Shown: piece after piece, positions 1-12,183 of the stretch
How positions within the stretch are numbered: position 1 is the first letter of the stretch
Layout: each line of letters starts with the position of its first letter
Source: Octopus sinensis
Lineage: Eukaryota
Direction of reading: 5' to 3'
Length of the DNA: 64,000 nucleotides
NCBI RefSeq assembly: GCF_006345805.1
Contig: NC_042997.1
Location: 131,440,001 to 131,504,000 of the forward strand
Notes under the pieces: generated by a model
Databases searched by the model: none
What the model was told of the DNA's origin: nothing
What the model saw: the letters and a program-made list of their open reading frames with translations, nothing else
Program-made: the position numbers and the translations under genes

Positions 1-194
1 ACAGACACACAAACATACACACACATATATATACATATATACGACAGGCTTCTTTCAGTTTCCATCTACCAAATCCACTCACAAGGCTTTGGTCGGCTCG
101 AGGCTATAGTAGAAGACACTTGCCCAAGGTGCCATGCAGTGGGACTGAACTCGGAACCATGTGGTTGGTAAGCAAGCTACTTACCACACAGCCA
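1..194 (-). mobile_element. tRNA-derived CORE-like SINE (family A), 5' half, cut by window edge
   Basis: Reverse strand reads TGGCTGTGTGGTAAG (A box) ... GTTCAGTCCC (B box) ... CACCTTGGGCAAGTGTCTT (MIR/CORE-like), then (TA/TG)n; >20 related copies in the window. Confidence 0.85.
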
Positions 195-1110
195 TGACCC
201 CCATGACTTAGTATGACTGAAACACGTGAAAGATCAAGATAACTCAATTTGTCACAAAAATCCACATAGAACATAACATTAATAACATAAATTTAATCCT
301 CATTGCATTGCTAATAATGAAGACTTTTATTATAGATTTCTCTAAAAAAAAAAAAAAGTATTTTCGATTAGACTATTGCTGCTGTTATAGATTTATCTAT
401 AAAAAGGGATTCATAAATGAAACAAAAGCGTGATGAAAGGATAGATTTTCAGGTGAGATGAAATTTGAGATGGTTCTACTTGCTGTTCACTACTCACCTA
501 GTTCTGTCTCAGGCTGCTTACCGATTATCTGTAACCTGTGATACAACAATACCTTCGATGCCTTCAGATCAATATATAAAAAAATGTATAACAATTGATT
601 TCCAATGATGTTGGTAAACATTATTTGTTTTTAACATTTATTCATAAATGTACTTTATGGGAGTTTGTATTTTTAGCTAAATGCACATATTTGCATTGTT
701 TTTGATGTCAATACCACATATAAACACATACTCAGACATGCAGACACATGCCAAGAAAATAGCTGCTATTTGGTTACTTAGCCTGCTAGAAATAGCAGCC
801 AAATCTCCCTAAAATCATACTTGCCAAACTTATGTTCCAAACACCAGCCTAATCTCATTCTCATTTCTCATTTACTTGTTTCAGTCATTTGACTGCGGCC
901 ATGCTGGAGCACTGCCTTTAGTCGAGCAAATCGACCCCAGGACTTATTCTTTGGAAGCCAAGTACTTATTCTATCGATCTCTTTTGCCAAACCACTAAGT
1001 TACGGGGACGTAAACAAACCACCATCGATTGTCAAGCTATGTTGGGGGACAAACACAGACACACAAACATATACACACACACATACATACATACATACAT
1101 ATATATATAT

Positions 1111-1958
1111 TAATGACACTTTAGAAACTATTATGAAGTAATATAATGTACTATTGACTATGTATATTTGCATCTAGGTATTAATTTGTGTATGTTTATC
1201 ACAATATTAAGTCGAAAAACTGAGACATTGAGTGTGGAACACATATATGTTTACTAATTTTTATTATTTATTTATATCATTATGTAAATGTATATTTTTA
1301 TATGTATAGGAGTGTGAGTATATGCACTCATATGTATATATATATATATGTTGTATTGTGGGTACGTACCCACACCCATGTAGGTATATATGTAGACTGA
1401 GTTATATTACATAATCTCCGAAGAGGCCTTGTGATATTTTTGTTAATGTCTCATTTATATCTATATATTGACCAACCATAAAGGGCTAATATTGGTAAAA
1501 TGAGACATAATTATCGACATGGCCGAAATAGCTGTAAGATCTAATTTATACTTATATTTATATTTACTTGTATTTATATTCTTTTTTATATATATTCTAC
1601 TTATTATACAACATTACTCTTTTATGTACACTTTTTTATGTACATTCCTTTTTGTACACTGATTTGTTCTGCTTTTTATATTTAACCCTACAATCTCTTA
1701 TGTGGTGGTTTAATAAAGTATGTGATTGAGTATTATCTGGTAATTGATATTTGATTTAGATGTATTTCTCCATTTTCTTATCTTGTATTAGTAATTTGTG
1801 GTAAATCATTTTACCTTTGCCCATATAATACAGTAAATGAATTGATTGCATCGCAATCATTAACATTTATGTATTAACTTTGTTGGGTACTTCACTAGCA
1901 GTATATTGGATATACGTTATCCCATAGAGGGTTGCATTTACAACCCTTATCTCAATTT
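1111..1958 (+). mobile_element. AT-rich Penelope-like (pLTR) remnant containing a hammerhead-like motif
   Basis: Inserted in (TA)n; contains the hammerhead core at 1414-1540; no ORF, so the PLE call rests on the ribozyme motif. Confidence 0.5.
1414..1540 (+). ncRNA. Type I hammerhead ribozyme-like motif with ~100-nt stem II (U4C variant)
   Basis: ATCT-CCGAAGA-GGCC...GGCC-GAAA-TAGCTG-TA-AGAT; stem I ATCT/AGAT; inner pairing ATGTCTCATTT/AAATGAGACAT. Confidence 0.6.
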
Positions 1959-1963
1959 GTATA

Positions 1964-2269
1964 TCTCTCTCTATATAAACGGCAGTTTGTTGTGTCTGTT
2001 GTCTGTGCTGTCATACTACGTTTCAACCGATTCTTATGAACTTGACACATAGCCCAATGTCATATTCAAAATGCAGTGATTTTGAGTTTCCCCAGTTCTG
2101 ATCGATAAATTCGACATGGGTCGAGATCAAAAAACCACAGACTGTCTAGGGGACGCACTCCACCTTTTACTCTAATTTACCATCATTCACATTTTTTTGC
2201 TATTTTGGCTATAACTCTCTAAAATACTTTATAGTTACCCTTACAAACCCAAGCAACGCCTACTGCTAG
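1964..2269 (+). mobile_element. Non-autonomous Helitron
   Basis: 5' TC, 3' CTAG between host A and T; 3' end AAACCCAAGCAACGCC..TACTGCTAG shared with 6868-7257. Confidence 0.7.
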
Positions 2270-2499
2270 TATGTATATATATATATACATATATACAATG
2301 GGCTTCTTTCAGTTTCCATCTACCAAATCCACTTACAAGGCTTTAGTTGGCCCGAGACTATAGTAGAAGACACTTGCTCAAGGTGCCCTGCAGTGGGAAT
2401 GAACTTGGAACCATGTGGTTGGTAAGCAAGATACTTACCACACAGCCACTCCTACGCCTATGATGAAAACATTTTTTAGCAAATTCTTCATTCTTTTCA

Positions 2500-2715
2500 A
2501 AATCATATTTCTGTTTAAATACAGTGTCTTTGTTTCAAGTAATTTTCAAAAAAGGAAGAATTTTGTAAAGCAATTTTATCATTATTATGCTAATGTTTAG
2601 GAGATAAATTTAACACAAAATTCTCATTGAAGGCTTTACTTTAGATCACTTTGAAACAGAAATTTTGTATCGTGACCAAAGGCAGTGTCAGGTAGGTTGG
2701 TATCAAAATGGTTAA
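2500..2715 (-). mobile_element. Degenerate piggyBac-like (TTAA) MITE
   Basis: Ends GTTGGTATCAAAATGGTTAA; similar in opposite orientation to the split element at ~19320-19937. Confidence 0.45.
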
Positions 2716-3555
2716 ATAATCATAGAATACATTGGATAATGTAGTTTTGTATCACCCCTAAAAGCGATAAGTGGATTATAGCAGGAATACCTTTGGTGCT
2801 AGGGCTGCTCAGTGATGCATGACCTTGGGCTAAATGGCAACATGCAAACAGATGTTCCCGAGGTACGTGTGTAATATGAATCTAAAGGCTGGATACAGAT
2901 GAAGTGAGGTGGAATGTGGGTATTGGAGTTATCAGGTGATATATGAGAAGAGTAACTGATATTGTCTGTTGTTAGACTACCATTAGATTGTTGTGAATGG
3001 CCAGGGTGGATAAAAGATAGTAAAAGTTGGATGATAATAAGGAAAGATTAGAAATTACTTGCAAGAATACCCGCCTTTCTTTAGAATTGACTAAACACTA
3101 AAACTACCAAATGTGCCGGTGCTGCATTAAAAGCCTGTCCAATGCAAGTTAGGTTGAAAGAAAAAAGAAAACTGACATAAGAATGGTGTTGTTAAGGAGT
3201 TCACTTTTCAACAACATAGTTCTGGGTTCAATTCTTCAGTATGGTTCGTGTATGGCGCATTTGCTATCATAGTCTTGAATTGACAGCTAATTTGTGAGTA
3301 ACATTTGGTATACAGAAATGATATAGTAGCTCATCACATTCATTATAATCATCATCATCATCATTTAGCTTCTGTTTTCCATGCTGTCATGGGTTTGATG
3401 GTTTGACATATTTCTCCACTAAACGTGGATGTTCTATTTGTACAAACTACACTGCAGTAGTTACCTTGAGAAAAAGTCTCATATTGGCTTTTAGTGCAAA
3501 ATGCACTTTTGTTTACACCACTAGTGGCTCAGCATGGAAGGTGGACGTTAAACAA

Positions 3556-3588
<33 letters not shown>

Positions 3589-3938
3589 CAAAATAGCTAG
3601 TTGCAAAATCTCAAGAAGAGATCAGAGTAGTAACTATACTAAAAAGTTAAGTCAGCTGCCACATCAAAGTGGCTCTTCCATGGTACCACCAATAACCAGC
3701 TGGCAGATAATCTGCCAGGGGTTAAACTAGTAGTAACATGGATATATAGACAGATAGATATCTGTTCACTTGTGGTTCCAATTTTACAGCAAGTTTAAAA
3801 GGGACACTTACTAATGTGGGGATGGAGTATCAAGACTGAGAACAGTCAAATTTATAATGAAATTCATGTTGGTTGAGAATTTGTTGCACCTGATCACTTC
3901 CACTGCACTCTGTGTTCAGATCCTGTTCAGATCAACTT

Positions 3939-3980
<42 letters not shown>

Positions 3981-3982
<2 letters not shown>

Positions 3983-4530
3983 GGAACCCCTATCTTGCCC
4001 AGGACATCAATCGTCTGGAAGCTGTTCAGCGACGTGCAACCAAAAGAATACCCTCCATCAGGCATTTGCCATATCCTGAACGCCTTACTTCCCTGGGCAT
4101 GGACACATTGAAACTCCGACGTCTGGCAGCTGACCTGGCAGACACCCATAAAATTATCAACCATCGCACAAACAATAACTCTGAGCACCTCTTCAAACTC
4201 CACCCATCTAACACCCGTGGACATATTTACAAAGTAAGAAAACAGCACAGCTCCCATGACTTCAGGAAACATTTTTTCACGCTGAGAGTTGCTGAAGCGT
4301 GGAACAAACTGCCGGCATCGGTTGTTAGTTGTCGGAGCACTGCATCCTTCAAGACTTCCATGCTTCCTGAGATTCACCAACACTACACTTGATTTTCTCT
4401 CCTCCATACACACACAAGCATGTTCACTTTCCAGACATTTCTACATTACTGCATGTACTTTATATGCACTTTCTGACAAGTTGTGGTGCACCTGAGCACT
4501 GTATACAATAATTTCATTATTATTATTATT
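3981..4530 (+). mobile_element. 5'-truncated CR1-clade LINE (ORF2 C-terminus, 3'UTR, (ATT)n tail)
   Basis: NPYLAQDINRLEAVQRRATKRI..PERL..TRGH..RKHFFTLRVAEAWNKLP..SFK is the typical CR1 ORF2 end; flanked by (TA)n on both sides. Confidence 0.9.
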
Positions 4531-4950
4531 ATATATATATATACATATGGATATATACACTTTTCAGATACAATGCAAGCATAGCCATTTCATTGAGAAG
4601 TTTGTTTCCCAACCACATGGTCCTGGGTTCAGTCCTATTGCACAGAAACCTTGGGCATATGTCTTCTATGGCCCTAGGCCAACCAATGCCTTGTGAGTGA
4701 ATTTGGTAGATGGAAACTGAGGGGAAGCCAGTTGAATATATGTTGATGTGTGTTGCTTTTTTTGTATTGTTGTTGTTCCTCATCATTGTTTGATAACTGG
4801 AGTTGTTTTGTTTATGTCCCCATATCTTAGTAAAAGAGGCCAATAGAATAAGTGCCAGACTTTAAAATGAATAAGGACTCGGTTGATCAGTTTGACTAAA
4901 GCCTTGAAGGTTAAGCCCCAGCATAGCTACAATCCAATAACTAAAACAAA

Positions 4951-5366
4951 TTCTTATTTCTTAACTACCCACAAGGGGCTAAACACAGAGAGGACAAACA
5001 AAGACAGACAAACGGATTAAGTCAATTATATCGACCCCAGTGTGTAACTGGTACTTATTTAATCGACCCCGAAAGGATGAAAAGCAAAGTCAACCTCGGC
5101 GAAATTTGAACTCAGAACGTAGAGGCAGACGAAATGCCTGTTTCTTTAATGCCCACAAGGGGCGAAACATAGAGTGGACAAGCAAGGACAGACAAAGGGA
5201 TTAAGTCAATTACATCAATCCCAGTATGTAACTGGTACTTAATTTATTGACCCCGAAAGGATGAAAGGCAAAGTCGACCTCGGCAGAATTTGAACTCAGA
5301 ATGTAGCGACAGACAAAATACCGTTAAGCGTTTTGCCCGGCATGCTAACGATTCTGCCAGCTTGCC
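4951..5366 (-). mobile_element. Meta-domain SINE (family B), head-to-tail dimer
   Basis: Reverse strand has a tRNA-like head and GCCTTTCATCCTTTCGGGGTC(G/A)AT..TAAGTACCAG twice. Confidence 0.8.
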
Positions 5367-5388
5367 GTCCTCATCAACTAAAACAAAT

Positions 5389-5390
<2 letters not shown>

Positions 5391-5448
<58 letters not shown>
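5391..5448. repeat. (TG)n microsatellite
   Basis: Perfect dinucleotide run. Confidence 0.95.
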
Positions 5449-5453
<5 letters not shown>

Positions 5454-6867
5454 CTGTTGAAGTACCTCTCCACTTCTGTTCAAGACAGAAGTCATATCCT
5501 TCAGTAGAAAAATCTGTAATATTGCAACAGTTCTAACTGATCTGAAGATAAGTTATTGTTGGTGTGAGGGTTGAGCAGAGAGAAAAGCTAAATGATAGAG
5601 AAGAGGTGTGAGATAGGCTGGATGAGTAAATGGGTAAGACGTGAAAAAAGAGAATGGGGGCGGGGTTACATTAACTGGATGACTGGATCTGGTGGGATTG
5701 TGAAGAAGGGGGCGAGTGACTGGATGGATGGTGGAATGTGGGGAGGATAAGAGGGAGAGGAAGAGAGAAATGGATAGATTAATTGGATGTTAAGATGCAA
5801 TGAAGAGACAGAGAAACAGCAGATAAACTGGATGGATGATTCGGTCTGATGAGAAGTGGGGAGGAAAGGCAGACGAGGTGGGGGAGGGATAATAGGATGT
5901 GTGGAAGGAGGAGAGACACATAGAGAGAAAAGAGAAAGAAGGAGAGAGATTAAATCAATCAATGAAGGCCAAAATGTTACTTTGGTAATAAACTGAATAT
6001 AATGAAGAAGTTGTGTATGTAATGGAAAAATGTATTTTAGTGGAATTTTATATATAACTGTACAGTGAAGAGAATTATAGCAGGCTGTGTCGATAAGACT
6101 CTGACCTCCAGGTCAAAAGACTGACAGCTTTTTCTCCCTGGCCAAGTCTACTTAACACTTAATGGGAACCAAGACGAATGTTGTTGTTTGCTCCTGGTCA
6201 TTGTCTTTAGTTGTGTATGACTGATAAAAGAATTCTGAAGATGTATCCTGAAAGTCATCACCAACATCACCATTGTTTTAATGTCCACATTTCCATGCTG
6301 GCATGGGTAGGACGGTTTATTGAGTTTATTGAGGCAGATTCGTTTACAGCTGAACACCCTGCCAGTTGCAAACTCTCACCTGTTACCAAACAAAGTAATC
6401 GATCTATCTCTTTGACTAGACATGTTTTTGCAGAAATTGGGAAAAGAATGATACTCTTTTACTTGTTTCAGTTAATTTCACTTTTAATGTTTCCAAGGTT
6501 GATATTATACAAAATAAATATCAATCCAGGTCAGTGGATTGGAGGAATTGTTAATATGTTGGAGAGAATGCCTTGCAGTATCTATTTCAGTGCACTGTGT
6601 TCCAATTTGTAATCTATTTGGATGACATTAGTGGTAAAGACAAATACTAAATTAGAAAAGAAAAAGTCACTTTTCAACCTCATGGTTTTAGGTTCAGTTC
6701 CATTGTGTGGCATCTTTGGCAAAGCCCTAGAGCAACCAATGCCTTATGAGTGAACTTGCTAGAAACCCATTGTGGGTTTTTTACAGAAGATGGCGAGCTG
6801 GTAGAAACGTTAGCATGCTGGGCGAAATGCTTTGTGATATGTTTGTTTACATATGATGTAATATATA

Positions 6868-7257
6868 TCTATATATATAAAGCTGAAGTTATCTGTGTAT
6901 GGCAGGTTTTGTAGCCTTCAAATAACACTATCTCCTCTAAGACCCTGCGGCACAAGTTAACCAAAATTGAGAGTATGATAGAAGAAGGCTTGCTCTTCAT
7001 TCCGTAGAAGATAAAATTCAAATCGGACCATGTTAACACCAAAAATTATTTACATCAAAAAGGTGCTTCTTTTCTATGAAAATCCCTATTTTTTACGATT
7101 TTTTGACTGCTGTGTTGCCATTTTTTGGTGTATTTCAACCAGAAAAATGTTGACTTCAAGAGAATAACAAGCTACATAATGCAAAAGTTTTACTTTTCAA
7201 AAATTCCAATTCTAAAGGGTCGAAACAAACCCAAGCAACGCTAGGCGAAACTGCTAG
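6868..7257 (+). mobile_element. Non-autonomous Helitron, second family
   Basis: 5' TC, 3' CTAG in an A|T site within (TA)n; full inverted copy at 43882-44282. Confidence 0.8.
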
Positions 7258-9334
7258 TATATACATATATATAATCATTGTTTTAAAATTCACTTTCCCA
7301 TGCTTGTGTAGGTCACCCAGGATTTGTTGGGGCTGATTTTCTATAGCCAGATGCCCTTCTTGTTGCAAGCCCACAAATGTTTCCTCTTGGCCAGATAAAT
7401 TTTCACAGAAGATTGGAATGAATGACAACATTTGTATGATGAGGACATTCACTCAAAACCATCACATGATGTCAGCACAAGGGGAGAGAGAGAGACACAC
7501 ACACACATACACACGATCGACTACCAAATTCACTGACGAGGCTTTGATTGGCCAAGAGCTACAGTAAGAAGACACTTTTCAAAGTTGCTGAGTTGCAGGA
7601 CTGAACCAAAAACTATGTATTTGAGAAGCAAACTTTTGAATCATGCAGCCATCTTGCACCTCTATACTGACACAGACACACACACACACACACACATCTG
7701 TATGAAACATTTTAAGGATCTCCCCCAGCCTCTTTGTGATTAAACATCTGTTCAGGCCAGAAACTGTATCTTTCAGTAGAAATAATGATATTTTTATTTA
7801 GTGCCCCAATACCAACTATCTGTCAAGTCTGAAGATTATAAAGATAATTGGTGATGTGAGGGCTACATTCTGCATAATCATCATCATCATCATCATCGTT
7901 GTCATCGTCGTTTAATGTCTTCTTTCCATGCTGTGGAAATACAGAATACAGAGAAAGAGGGTAGGAGCAGGTAGAGTGTATAGATGTATGAAATGACTTT
8001 CTGTCAGCAAATAAATACTATGACCCCCACATTGCCCAGTGAGAGAAGTATAAGCTATAATGCTGTTAAGATACCTCTGATGCTTGTGGTAGATTTGAAC
8101 TCAAGACTTACATGATCTAGCTGTTAGTTAAGCACCATACTTCTCTCAGCCATTTCACCTCTTTTACAGGACACAAACATTTTATCACTCAGCTGTTGCA
8201 ATTCTTTGCCATATGTCAGAATAGAGCAAACAGATGCAGAAATGTTAGATAAACATACAAACCAAATGCATGTCTCACCTCTCCCTCTTTATAACCCCCC
8301 CCACCTTTGCTCTCATGATTATTTTCCTTATTGTCTTTAGTTTTTTTTTTATCTAAATTAGTCATCCTGGGCACCTCACCTGAGCATCGAAAGTACTACT
8401 AGTTTATGGTGCCCTGCACATCTCGTGTGAAATAGTCACCCTTGGCTGGTTTTTCTTACTTTTAATTAAAGGTAAATTTAGTATTACATTTTACTTGCTT
8501 CAATCACAGAATACAGCCATGTTGGGGCACTGCCCTGAAGGGTTTTAGTTGAACATATCAACCTCCAGCACTTATATTGTTTTAAGTCTGGTGTTTATTC
8601 TATTGGTGAGGCATGACAGACTCAGACACACACATGCACACACACGCATATACAGGTCAGGCTTCCTCACAGTTTACCTTTTACTTGTTTCAGTCACTGA
8701 ACTGCGGCCATGCTGGGGCATCAACTTGAAGAATTTTAGTGAAATGAATCAGCCCCCAGTACATATTTTTAAAGATTGGTACTTTTTTGTCAGTCTCTTT
8801 TGCTGGGACGCTAAGTTATGGGGATGTAAACACACCAGTACTAGTTGTCAAACAGTGACAGGAGGTAGGCACACACACACACACACACACATGTGCACAC
8901 GACTGGCTTCTTTCAGTTTCTTCCTCACAAGACTTGAGTCAGTCTGAGGCTACAGTAAAAGGCACTTGCCCAAGATGCCATGCAATGGGACCGGACCTGG
9001 AACCATGCCACTGATTCACACCTGTATCTGTAGTTCCCATCTACGAAATTCACTCACAAGGCATTAGTTGGCCTGGAACTATTGCAGAACACACTTTCCC
9101 AAGATGCTGTGCTATGGGACTGAACCTGAATCCACATGGTTGAGAAGCAAAGTTCTTAACTGTGCAGCCATGTACCCATGGTTATATTTTCAATATCACC
9201 CCCACCTCCCACATACATACATTCATGCACATATATGATTAAAAATAAAAAAAGTGTTTTACTGTATATAACAATGACTTCATTTTTCTGGAAGAGTTTT
9301 ATGAAAAACAGAGATTTTAATAATCCATTTTTAT

Positions 9335-9627
9335 AGTCCGAACGTGGCAGATGCCAGCGCCACCTGACTGGCGTCCATGTCAGTGACACGTAAAAGCACC
9401 AACTGATCATGGCCGTTTGTCAGCTTCCTATGGCACCTGTGCTGGTGGCAACGTTAAAAGCACCCACTACACTCATGAAGTGGTTGGCATTAGGAAGGGC
9501 ATCCAGCTGTAGAAACACTGCCAGATCAGACTGGAGCCTGGTGCAGTCTCCTGGCTTCCCAGACCCCGGTCAAACCGTCCAACCCATGCTAACATGGAAA
9601 ACAGACGTTAAACGATGATGATGATGA
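9335..9627 (+). mobile_element. RTE-tailed non-autonomous retroposon (family C)
   Basis: GTGGCAC-type AAAAGCACC modules, GGTTGGCATTAGGAAGGGCATCCAGCTGTAGAAAC, 3' CCAACCCATGCT..ATGGAAA..GACGTTAAAC(GAT)n. Confidence 0.75.
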
Positions 9628-10764
9628 TTTTTATTCTTCCAATCTGTTTTGTTCCTTGATACTTTTACAGGATACAATTAAATTACATTCTTTTTACTCC
9701 TGAGCAATGCAGAGCTCAAAGTATTATGTACAGCATACAACAGCTAAGCTTAATGATATCTGGTAACCTTTCTTGCAGACAACCTGCTAAATATATAATA
9801 ACTAAGTCTCCCTTAAATCACATCTTATCTTATTAAAAAGCAAAAGTCAGCATGTAATAGCGTAGTCCTAGATAAACTATGCCTGGAAAACAAAATGGGA
9901 TGCTTGCAGTTAAAATGTCTTTGATAATAGTTCTCTTTGATCAGCATCGATCTGGTGGTAACGTCATTGTCACCATTATTTACTCTCACACCAAAAATGA
10001 GTTATCAACCTGCTAGAAATAACAGCCAAATCCAAATCTCATGAATCACAGCCTACTCACCAAAAAGGAAGCGGATATTGGGTATTGTAGAAAAGACAGG
10101 ATGGTCATGGAAAAATACTTTGCTCATAGGTCTACTTGACTAGGGCTAAACAACACACCTATTCAAATTAGGCTTACCACACTATTCTGTGTTTAGGAGA
10201 ATGTAAGAAGATACGAACATAATTGTTTTGAAGGGTTGTATAATTAGCTGAAGGAAATTGTAAAATAATGAACACGCACACACACACGCTTATGTGGAGA
10301 GAAAACACCTGTTAAATAGATGAATTAACTTTGCATTCACAATACATGTGCAAAATTTAATTATCCTCTTTTAGCAGGTGCCCTTTTTCATATGTGTTTA
10401 AATATAAATGAATGAAATGTGACTCCACCCTGACAAGCCATTTTGAGTGAAAGTGAAAAAAGTACTTTTGAAATTCCAAGAGGAAAAAAATAGTAAACAA
10501 ATATATAAAAAGAATCCATTATTCTCCAGTTACTTTATTCTCAAATAAATTCTTTGTAAACGTTTTCTGAATGTGTGTGTGTCTTTGTGCCCATGGTTAG
10601 TTCACCCATCCATCATTTGACAACTGATGTTGGTTTCTTTACATCCCTGTGACTTAGCGGTGTGGTGAAGGTGATGACAGAATAAGTACCAGACTTTAAA
10701 AGGAAATCTTGCAGGCAATCTAGTCAACTGAAAAAAAAAAAAAAAAACCTTTCAAGGTGATGCT

Positions 10765-11130
10765 TGTTTGTTTGTTTGTTGAGCGAAGCGGTCTTCGTGG
10801 GAGAAGTCCGAAACGTAGTCCTTTGCTATTCATAAGACCCGTAGAAGAGAAAGCAGGTCAACTCCCGACACAGAGCATCGATGCATGGATGAATGCGCAT
10901 CCAGGCTCGGCGGTTGCATAGGAAGTTGGAGACAAGAAACAGGAAGAAAGAGTGAGAGAAAGTTGGAGAGAAAGAGTACAACAGGGGTCGCCACCAACCC
11001 CTGTCAGAGCCTCATGGAGCTTTAGGTGTTTTTGCTCAATAAACACACACAATGCCCGGTCTAGGAATTGAAACCGCAATCCTCCGACCACGAGTCTGCT
11101 GCCCTAACCACTGGGCCATTGCGTCTCCAC
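10765..11130 (-). mobile_element. Full-length tRNA-derived SINE with (AAAC)n tail and 13-bp TSD
   Basis: TSD TCAAGGTGATGCT at 10752-10764 and 11131-11143; head GTGGAGACGCAATGGCCCAGTGGTTAGG..GGTTTCAATTCC; inserted in an old family A copy. Confidence 0.85.
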
Positions 11131-11469
11131 TCAAGGTGATGCTCCAGTATGGCTGCAGTTAAAAGATAAAGCAGCTTAGACTTGGAGCTTTCTCTGTGCA
11201 AAAATCCATGTTGGTAGTTTCAAAGAATGGTTGGCAAATAGACTGTAAAACCTTGTGCATTGTTGACCAAGACAAGTCTTGAAGACTTGAATTATAGGAA
11301 TCAATTTTAAATGTGGTGTTTAGAAAGCAGTTGGAAGTAAGAAAGAAAGGGCACATTATTCAGGTCTTGAAAGGACTGTTTGAGGATTTTGACTTAATGC
11401 CATGTATCATGGACAAATCACTCATCTATAAGATATTTGTTTCTTATACAGTGCTTCCACTATTTCCAG

Positions 11470-12183
11470 CAGGGCTGGATTAAGACCCATAAAGGCCCTA
11501 AGCACTCAAAAGATTTTGGTGCCTCCATATGTAATTTGAAATCATCATCATCATCGTTTAACGTCCGCTTTCCTTGCTAGCATGGGTTGGACAATTTGAC
11601 TGAGGTCTGGTGAACCAGATGGCTGCACCAGACTCCAAACTGATCTGGCAGATCTTCTACAGCTTGATGCCCTTCCTAACACCAACCACTCTGAGAGTGT
11701 AGTGGCTGCTTTTATGTGCCACTGGCATGAGGGCTAGTTAGGTGGTACTGGCAACGACCACACTCAAATCGTGCATTTTATGTACCACGTGCACAGGAGC
11801 CAGTCCTGCAGCACTGGCAGTGACCTCGCTCGAATGTTTTTTTTAAACAATAATAAACCATAAAATAAATTTTTGTCTTTCAAAATGAAACAAAACTAAC
11901 AGTAAGATGGGAAATAATGCTTATTTTTGTATACTTCCACTTTATTTATATTTGAAAAGTTTCCTCCTACATTTTTGAATTACAAAGTCTTTGATCAGAT
12001 TCTCAAAATTAATCTTACATAAAACGTCTGCTTCTATACTTTGTAGAGATAAGGCACTGCGAAATTATTTTAGCAAGTTTAAAGTGATTTCTTTTGTGCT
12101 GTAGACCATTTACCATTTCTGTAGTGCCCCCACTTGATATCTTAAACACGTGTTTATTTTGCTTAATGGATAATCCAGCACTA
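11470..12183 (-). mobile_element. Non-autonomous hAT element with transposase C-terminal remnant, interrupted by a family C copy (~11541-11845)
   Basis: TIRs CAGGGCTGGATTA / TAATCCAGCACT; degenerate 8-bp TSD atttccag/atctctag; minus strand 12058-11942 = SALSLQSIEADVLCKINFENLIKDFVIQKCRRKLFKYK* (hAT dimerisation-domain end). Confidence 0.8.

Larger units (their letters stand above)
856..2460 (-). mobile_element. Family A SINE split by two nested insertions in its internal microsatellite
   Basis: 3' half at ~856-1110 and 5' half at ~2270-2460, separated by the elements at 1111-1958 and 1964-2269. Confidence 0.8.

Noticed and set aside
3700-3718. Palindrome CTGGCAGAT-A-ATCTGCCAG
   Set aside because: 9-bp arms with no supporting context
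3916-4413. 165-aa minus-strand ORF
   Set aside because: Antisense shadow of the CR1 fragment
10800-10825. Hammerhead-like GAAACGTAGTC
   Set aside because: No CUGANGA core upstream
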